The notes below the pieces were generated by a model. The model saw nothing but the letters and a program-made list of their open reading frames with translations. It ran no database searches and had not been told where the DNA came from. Both the position numbers and the translations under genes were made by a program. DNA of 11,992 nucleotides from Thermoplasmatota archaeon (GTDB taxonomy: Archaea; Thermoplasmatota; Penumbrarchaeia; Penumbrarchaeales; Penumbrarchaeaceae), in NCBI GenBank assembly GCA_965234725.1, contig CBDDUX010000107.1, forward strand, positions 1 to 11,992, written 5' to 3'. This document shows, piece after piece, positions 6,798 to 11,992 of the stretch. The stretch's first letter is position 1, and each line of letters opens with the position of its first letter.

Positions 6798-9710
6798 GTG
6801 AATAATTTGACAAATATCACCAGAAGGATAAACCTTGCAATTACAATAATGTCTTTGATAACACTTCCTTTTATTATATCCATTAATGGTCATGATGATT
6901 ATTCAGAAAAGGAATCAGATGTAATAATTGAGTATTTGGAAATAAAGGTCCCAAGCATCGCAGCTGATATGAATGGGAATGTTTTCATAAGTCATTCATA
7001 CATGATGAACGATGTTGCAAGAACATACAAGATCTTTTTTGATAGATCCCTTGATGGTGGTAACACATTCAATAAAGGGGGGATGATACAATCCAGTTAT
7101 TACGATGACACCTATAATGGTAAGCTTTATGTTGATAATAATGGGATTATACATTGTTTTTACGAGATTCAGAATCTATTAGAGGATAGAAGATTGGGAT
7201 ATGCTAGATCGAACGATCACGGTGGGAGTTTTATTGGTAAGCGAGATGTAAATACAGATAATGCTTTTTTCCCTGGACATGAATTTGTTGTTTTTGATAA
7301 TAATATCTATCTTCTTACAAGAATGGGGGGTGGACAATCATATTCTTACTATCTGCATGTATCAAGGGACCTTGGAAAGACATTCGAGGACCCGGTAGAA
7401 ATGGGTATTTCTCATGGATATCATATTGATGTTGACATTTATGGCAATGTATACATTCTTAACAACACATACGAAAACAGTTGGCTAACAATTTCCTATG
7501 ACAACTGCACAACTTTCACTGAACCACTACTTGTATGCTCAGACCCATATCTTTCAAGAAGAGCATTTTTCAGTGTAGATGGAAATAAAAAAGTCCATGC
7601 TATTTGGCCCCACGGAACGGAAGATAAAACTTATTATGCATCCAAGGGTCCTGAAGATGATGCTTTTTCAGAGCCTGTAATAATGTTCAATGACCTCTTG
7701 AACGATACCAGGATAGAGACAGATCATTGGGGAGGAATATATGTTGTATGCTCGATTCCTGACACACAAGGAAATAATGAGATATATCTGATATATTCAA
7801 ATGATGGGGCCAATTTTGAGGACCCGGTTCAATTGAACGACAATACAATGGATGACCAAAGGAATCCCGCTATATCGTATGACGGACGAAATGGTATCCA
7901 CATCATCTGGAGAAGGCCTGGAGAAGTGTATGATGGTGGTCTGTACTACACTAACCTTCTTATCGGTGATCATCCACCAGATCAAATAAGAAAAATTCCC
8001 GAGGTCCATATTGATGAGGATTCTATCGATTTCACACCTACTTTAGATCTTAACTACTATGTATTCGATGACATGGGAGAGGAAGGTATGCATTTCAATG
8101 TCGAGGATACAAGCAACGCAGGAACCATGAAGGTATATGTTGATAATGGATTCCTTGAATTTGAACAGATCATCGAACACTGGTACGGTAAAGCAGAATT
8201 TTCCATATCATGTCATGATGAAGGAAAGGATGGGATTGAAGGAAATTCGGATGACAATTATATTGATCTTGGTGAATTCACATTGATAGTAGAACCTACC
8301 GATGATCCACCTGAGATCGACACGATCGGAGATTTCAATATCACTGGTGAATTTTCTTCAATTGATGTTTTTGAGGACATGAGATACAATCTTCCAATCA
8401 ATACCATTGAATATGATGATGAAGAGTGTGAATTGATCCTTTATTCAGCAAGTCCTTTTATTACACTTGATAGATTAAATCAATCCCTGAGGATTGATCC
8501 ATTGAAAGACTTTATAGGAACAATGAACATCTCACTGATGATAACTGATATTAATGGTTCTTCGATACTCTATAACATCACATTCAATATTTTGAATGTA
8601 AACGATCCACCAATGCCCTATGATGATTCACTGACAATCTCCATGAATGAGGATACTGTAAATGAAGCATGGAATATTGGTTCCATGTTCTATGATATTG
8701 ACAGTGACAAGCTTGAATTCAGTTGCATTGGCTCAGAAAATATTAAGGTAGTTCAGGGTGAGGACCTAGGATTGAGAATAATTCCTGATCAAGATTTCTA
8801 TGGTAGCGAGAATATTACTCTGATATCCTCTGATGGAGAAAATACAACAAGTTGCCATGTGCTCGTAATAGTCTACCCTGTAAATGACGCCCCTGTCAAC
8901 AATGATTTTACTTACGATATAGATGAAAATAATACCTGTAAGGTTACCCTTAGAGCCAATCCCGGATATGATATTGATAGTATAAATTTCACCTATACAT
9001 GGTTGATCGATGATTCATTTACGTTGGTGGGCCAGGTGATAGAACATACTTTTATTGAATCTTTTTCCGAGAGGAAATATAATGTTATTATGACGGTATC
9101 AGATGGTGATCTGATATCTTTACCAATTAATCATACTGTTACCATACCTCCTCATCGGATCGAGAATAATCTACCGGATGATCAAAATAATACAGATGGC
9201 AATATCACGGACAATAATGGAAAAGATATATCAAATGGTGAAGAAGATGAAAAAGATCTTGGCCAGATGATTATCCTTCTGTTAATTTCACTCATCATTC
9301 TAATGATCATCTCTTTTATATTGATCTTTATGATCATTAGGATAAAAAAGAATGTTCCAGTTAATGTCCATAAAGATAAGGAGATTGATGGTATAATCAA
9401 GGGAGAACCTGATGATGATCTAATTCTCAACAGTCTTCATCAATCTCCAATAAATCCTGAACAAGAACAGACAGGTTCATTTGATCAAGTAGAAAATGAG
9501 ATGGTGGAACAGTTTGGACAGAACCTAGACAATACTTTTATGAATGGATTGAATACACAAGAATTTGAGAGTCCTTCTGAGGTTGAACCATCAAATGAAA
9601 AAGAAGTTATTGAACAACCCAAACCAGATGATGAAACCTATCTTCCCTCACCAGACGATGAAATAAAAGAAGTTCAAGATCTTAGTTTGGATGAGATATT
9701 TTCTCCTTAG
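6798..9710 (+). CDS. Membrane-anchored cell-surface protein: Asp-box (BNR/sialidase-like) beta-propeller, cadherin-like/tandem Ig repeats, PKD-like domain, TM helix, acidic tail
   Basis: N-terminal hydrophobic signal; Asp-boxes SLDGGNTF, SNDHGGSF, SRDLGKTF, SYDNCTTF, SNDGANF; repeat linkers GDHPP, PTDDPP, NVNDPP, PVNDAP; PKD-like YTWLID...MTVSDG; TM helix MIILLLISLIILMIISFILIFMII followed by RIKK; ~120-aa acidic tail. The true start may be TTG 6807, 5 nt after GAGGTGA. Confidence 0.85.
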   Translation: MNNLTNITRRINLAITIMSLITLPFIISINGHDDYSEKESDVIIEYLEIKVPSIAADMNGNVFISHSYMMNDVARTYKIFFDRSLDGGNTFNKGGMIQSSYYDDTYNGKLYVDNNGIIHCFYEIQNLLEDRRLGYARSNDHGGSFIGKRDVNTDNAFFPGHEFVVFDNNIYLLTRMGGGQSYSYYLHVSRDLGKTFEDPVEMGISHGYHIDVDIYGNVYILNNTYENSWLTISYDNCTTFTEPLLVCSDPYLSRRAFFSVDGNKKVHAIWPHGTEDKTYYASKGPEDDAFSEPVIMFNDLLNDTRIETDHWGGIYVVCSIPDTQGNNEIYLIYSNDGANFEDPVQLNDNTMDDQRNPAISYDGRNGIHIIWRRPGEVYDGGLYYTNLLIGDHPPDQIRKIPEVHIDEDSIDFTPTLDLNYYVFDDMGEEGMHFNVEDTSNAGTMKVYVDNGFLEFEQIIEHWYGKAEFSISCHDEGKDGIEGNSDDNYIDLGEFTLIVEPTDDPPEIDTIGDFNITGEFSSIDVFEDMRYNLPINTIEYDDEECELILYSASPFITLDRLNQSLRIDPLKDFIGTMNISLMITDINGSSILYNITFNILNVNDPPMPYDDSLTISMNEDTVNEAWNIGSMFYDIDSDKLEFSCIGSENIKVVQGEDLGLRIIPDQDFYGSENITLISSDGENTTSCHVLVIVYPVNDAPVNNDFTYDIDENNTCKVTLRANPGYDIDSINFTYTWLIDDSFTLVGQVIEHTFIESFSERKYNVIMTVSDGDLISLPINHTVTIPPHRIENNLPDDQNNTDGNITDNNGKDISNGEEDEKDLGQMIILLLISLIILMIISFILIFMIIRIKKNVPVNVHKDKEIDGIIKGEPDDDLILNSLHQSPINPEQEQTGSFDQVENEMVEQFGQNLDNTFMNGLNTQEFESPSEVEPSNEKEVIEQPKPDDETYLPSPDDEIKEVQDLSLDEIFSP

Positions 9711-9747
9711 GAATATTCACCAATGATCAAAATTTCCCATTAGGTAT

Positions 9748-11919
9748 TCAATATTCTTTCTTTCTATTCTTCAAAGATATCACAAGAAACACTATCAAAA
9801 AGAGCACTAAAACAAACATGACCAATACTGAAACAGAGAGAATTATAAGTATTATTTTTTCATTTTTTTGATCTTCTCCTTTTTCCTCCACCTCGATTTC
9901 TCTCTCCTTTGGTCGGATTGTTATTTCCTCTGAGGTCATCACAAATTTCCCCTGGCTATCTGTAACTTCAAGGGTTATTAGATGATCTCCATAGACCAAT
10001 TTTGAAAGTGGAAGGTATTTACCAGTTCCAAGAAAACCTGTAATATTGGATGACCAGACATATGTATGATCATCGGAAAGGATCGAACATTCAAGGTCTA
10101 TGTCAACACATTTCCCGGTGAGATTCAAGGAATTATTCTCATAGAAAATGTTGGAATCCTGAGGAAGCTCGATAATTGCTTCAGAGGGGGGATCATTTAC
10201 ATTATGCACTTCTATAACGAATTTTCTTGTAACACTGAAAAATCCATCATCTATTGTCATATTGAAAATATGAAATCCAACTTTATCATTTTCAGGGTAT
10301 AAAGATAGAGCTCCAGTTCCTTGACTGAATAATATCCATTCCGGAATATCATTTGAATAGAATTCTATCGGCTCACCATCTACATCTGTTATATTGATCC
10401 TGAACTGATAGGTTTCATCCTCATTTAGATGATAATGTATGTGTTCACCAAAGAAATCGTCGACAATAACCCCATTGAATACTGGAGGGTCATTTACAGG
10501 AGAAACAGAAACCGAGAAGATATTGCTCAATACCCAAACATTTGATTCGTTCTTCAACTTAATCTGGAATTTAAGTTGTCCATTCCAGTCTTTTTCCAAC
10601 TGTTCAAAATCAAGTTTTGTTCCATTTATGATACATTTTAAAATCATTTCATTTTCCATGTAATGAACTTGAATTTCTACATTATCGCTCCGATCCAGAT
10701 TATAATGACCCAAGGCATCAATAAGTCCAGAACCGTTTCCAGAGTCCTCCTCAAATGATATATTTTTTATTGGAACATCGCATTTTAAGAATGGAGTCAA
10801 TGTCACCGATAGGTTTCCTGATAGATCGGGGAACATCGTTTCATTGTAATGTTCGAAACCATCTTTCCAAACTAATACCCTATAGGGTGATGAAGAAACT
10901 ATCTCACCCAGATCTTTGCAATCATGATCATCATTCAGATCTTGATATAAAATGGAATGAAATTCAATCCATCTTATTGAGGACATTGGTGGTAATGTTG
11001 TATCAAGCAGGACATTGCCAAAGTTGTCTGAAATGTTAACAGATGCACCCTCTACCGGCTCTTGATTAATGTCCATTAACTTCAGGTATAGATCATCAAT
11101 AACGTATACTTTTGAATTATTACGCTCAATTGATATATTATCTCCGTTTATGTAAGTATCATCCAGGAATGCTTTTGAATATCTGAGTGAAAGCATTCCA
11201 TCTTTTCCCACTAATTTAGATCTCTCAAGGTTTGCAATGGTATTGGAGAGTGTAATAGCATAACCATCTGATGCCCTGATATCAACATCTCTAAAAACAA
11301 TATCATCCCCTCCGTATGAAGAGATCCCCTGCCCAGATTCCATTGTGATATTCTCTATCATAGTTTCATCATTGAACCAACCAGCTATACCTCCAAAATG
11401 GGAACATATGAAAACATTCGAAATTGTTGCTCCACTTACCTTGTTCATTACAATGGATGTTGACGCGTGTTCGATAATGCAATTATCAATAATTGTAGAT
11501 GAACATGTCTCATCCAATTTGATACCACTCCAGTGGCTTGGCCAGTATTCCGGCCAATCACCCTCAGGGTCTTGAGTGAATTTTATAGGTTCTTCTGGTG
11601 TCCCATCAGCAATCAAAGTGCCTCTGATTTCCAATCTTGCAAGGGCAAGGAATTTAATAACCTTTCCAGGAGAAATTGTAAGAGAATCCGTTTCTTCAAT
11701 AAAAACAGGATTTCTGATCAGATAACAGCCATCTTCCCTGGTCACGATACCATTCGAGTTTTCAACCATGTATTCAAGATCTATTTCTAAAAGGGAATTT
11801 GGAGTGTAATATGCTGCGCGTGTCATAGAAGAAATATTTTCCTCTGAGTTTACAGGTGATAATAACAAAAGTGATGAAAATATAAACATGCTCAAAATTA
11901 TTAAAACATGACTCCTCAC
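9748..11919 (-). CDS. Membrane-anchored cell-surface protein: right-handed parallel beta-helix (pectin lyase-like fold), beta-sandwich, cadherin-like repeats, PKD-like domain, C-terminal TM anchor
   Basis: LEIRGTLIADGTPEEPIKFT...WSGIKL...IIDNCIIEHA is a typical beta-helix start. Also EPVEGASVNISD (carboxypeptidase-regulatory-like sandwich), PVNDPP/NVNDPP linkers, YVWSSNITGFLGTG...HLITLEVTDSQG, and a TM helix followed by KNRKKEY. GTG 11919 follows GGAGGA by 6 nt and gives a clean signal peptide. The ORF track uses 11955, and the frame stays open to the window edge. Confidence 0.85.
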   Translation of the reverse strand: MRSHVLIILSMFIFSSLLLLSPVNSEENISSMTRAAYYTPNSLLEIDLEYMVENSNGIVTREDGCYLIRNPVFIEETDSLTISPGKVIKFLALARLEIRGTLIADGTPEEPIKFTQDPEGDWPEYWPSHWSGIKLDETCSSTIIDNCIIEHASTSIVMNKVSGATISNVFICSHFGGIAGWFNDETMIENITMESGQGISSYGGDDIVFRDVDIRASDGYAITLSNTIANLERSKLVGKDGMLSLRYSKAFLDDTYINGDNISIERNNSKVYVIDDLYLKLMDINQEPVEGASVNISDNFGNVLLDTTLPPMSSIRWIEFHSILYQDLNDDHDCKDLGEIVSSSPYRVLVWKDGFEHYNETMFPDLSGNLSVTLTPFLKCDVPIKNISFEEDSGNGSGLIDALGHYNLDRSDNVEIQVHYMENEMILKCIINGTKLDFEQLEKDWNGQLKFQIKLKNESNVWVLSNIFSVSVSPVNDPPVFNGVIVDDFFGEHIHYHLNEDETYQFRINITDVDGEPIEFYSNDIPEWILFSQGTGALSLYPENDKVGFHIFNMTIDDGFFSVTRKFVIEVHNVNDPPSEAIIELPQDSNIFYENNSLNLTGKCVDIDLECSILSDDHTYVWSSNITGFLGTGKYLPLSKLVYGDHLITLEVTDSQGKFVMTSEEITIRPKEREIEVEEKGEDQKNEKIILIILSVSVLVMFVLVLFLIVFLVISLKNRKKEY

Positions 11920-11992
11920 AATTCTTCCTCCAAAAGTGTAGGTGGAAAGGCTCACAACATCGTTTACCTTTTCATTTTGATGTTTTTGGCTC

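Noticed and set aside
7797..11790. Short ORFs antisense to the two surface protein genes
   Set aside because: Fully nested on the opposite strand of long coherent ORFs, with no independent support.
1..11992. CRISPR array, rRNA, or diversity-generating retroelement repeats
   Set aside because: No regularly spaced repeats, rRNA-like segment, reverse transcriptase or TR/VR pair seen by eye. A self dot-plot would be needed to exclude diverged repeats.

Overview
Most likely archaeal DNA (Thermoplasmatota-like, inferred from the integrase family, GGTGA-type Shine-Dalgarno (SD) sites, an archaeal-style lipobox and NDPP/PKD surface proteins). From left to right: (1) the 5' part of a tyrosine integrase running off the left edge (minus strand, missing from the ORF track); (2) an att-like copy of a tRNA 3' end at 410-427; (3) a toxin-first AbiEii/AbiEi type IV toxin-antitoxin pair; (4) a second copy of the 13-bp att-like core at 1984-1996, so the pair forms a ~1.57-kb integrase-less cassette between direct repeats; (5) a lipoprotein with a clan GH-A-like glycoside hydrolase barrel; (6) a long-chain acyl-CoA synthetase; (7) a small hypothetical gene; (8) a 183-bp internally deleted IS5-family remnant, also not in the ORF track; (9) two convergent, AT-rich, membrane-anchored surface proteins with related Ig/cadherin-like stalks but different heads (Asp-box propeller vs beta-helix). 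The best candidate for a new system is the integrase + tRNA-end repeat + AbiE cassette arrangement. All family assignments come from motif recognition by eye; no searches were run.
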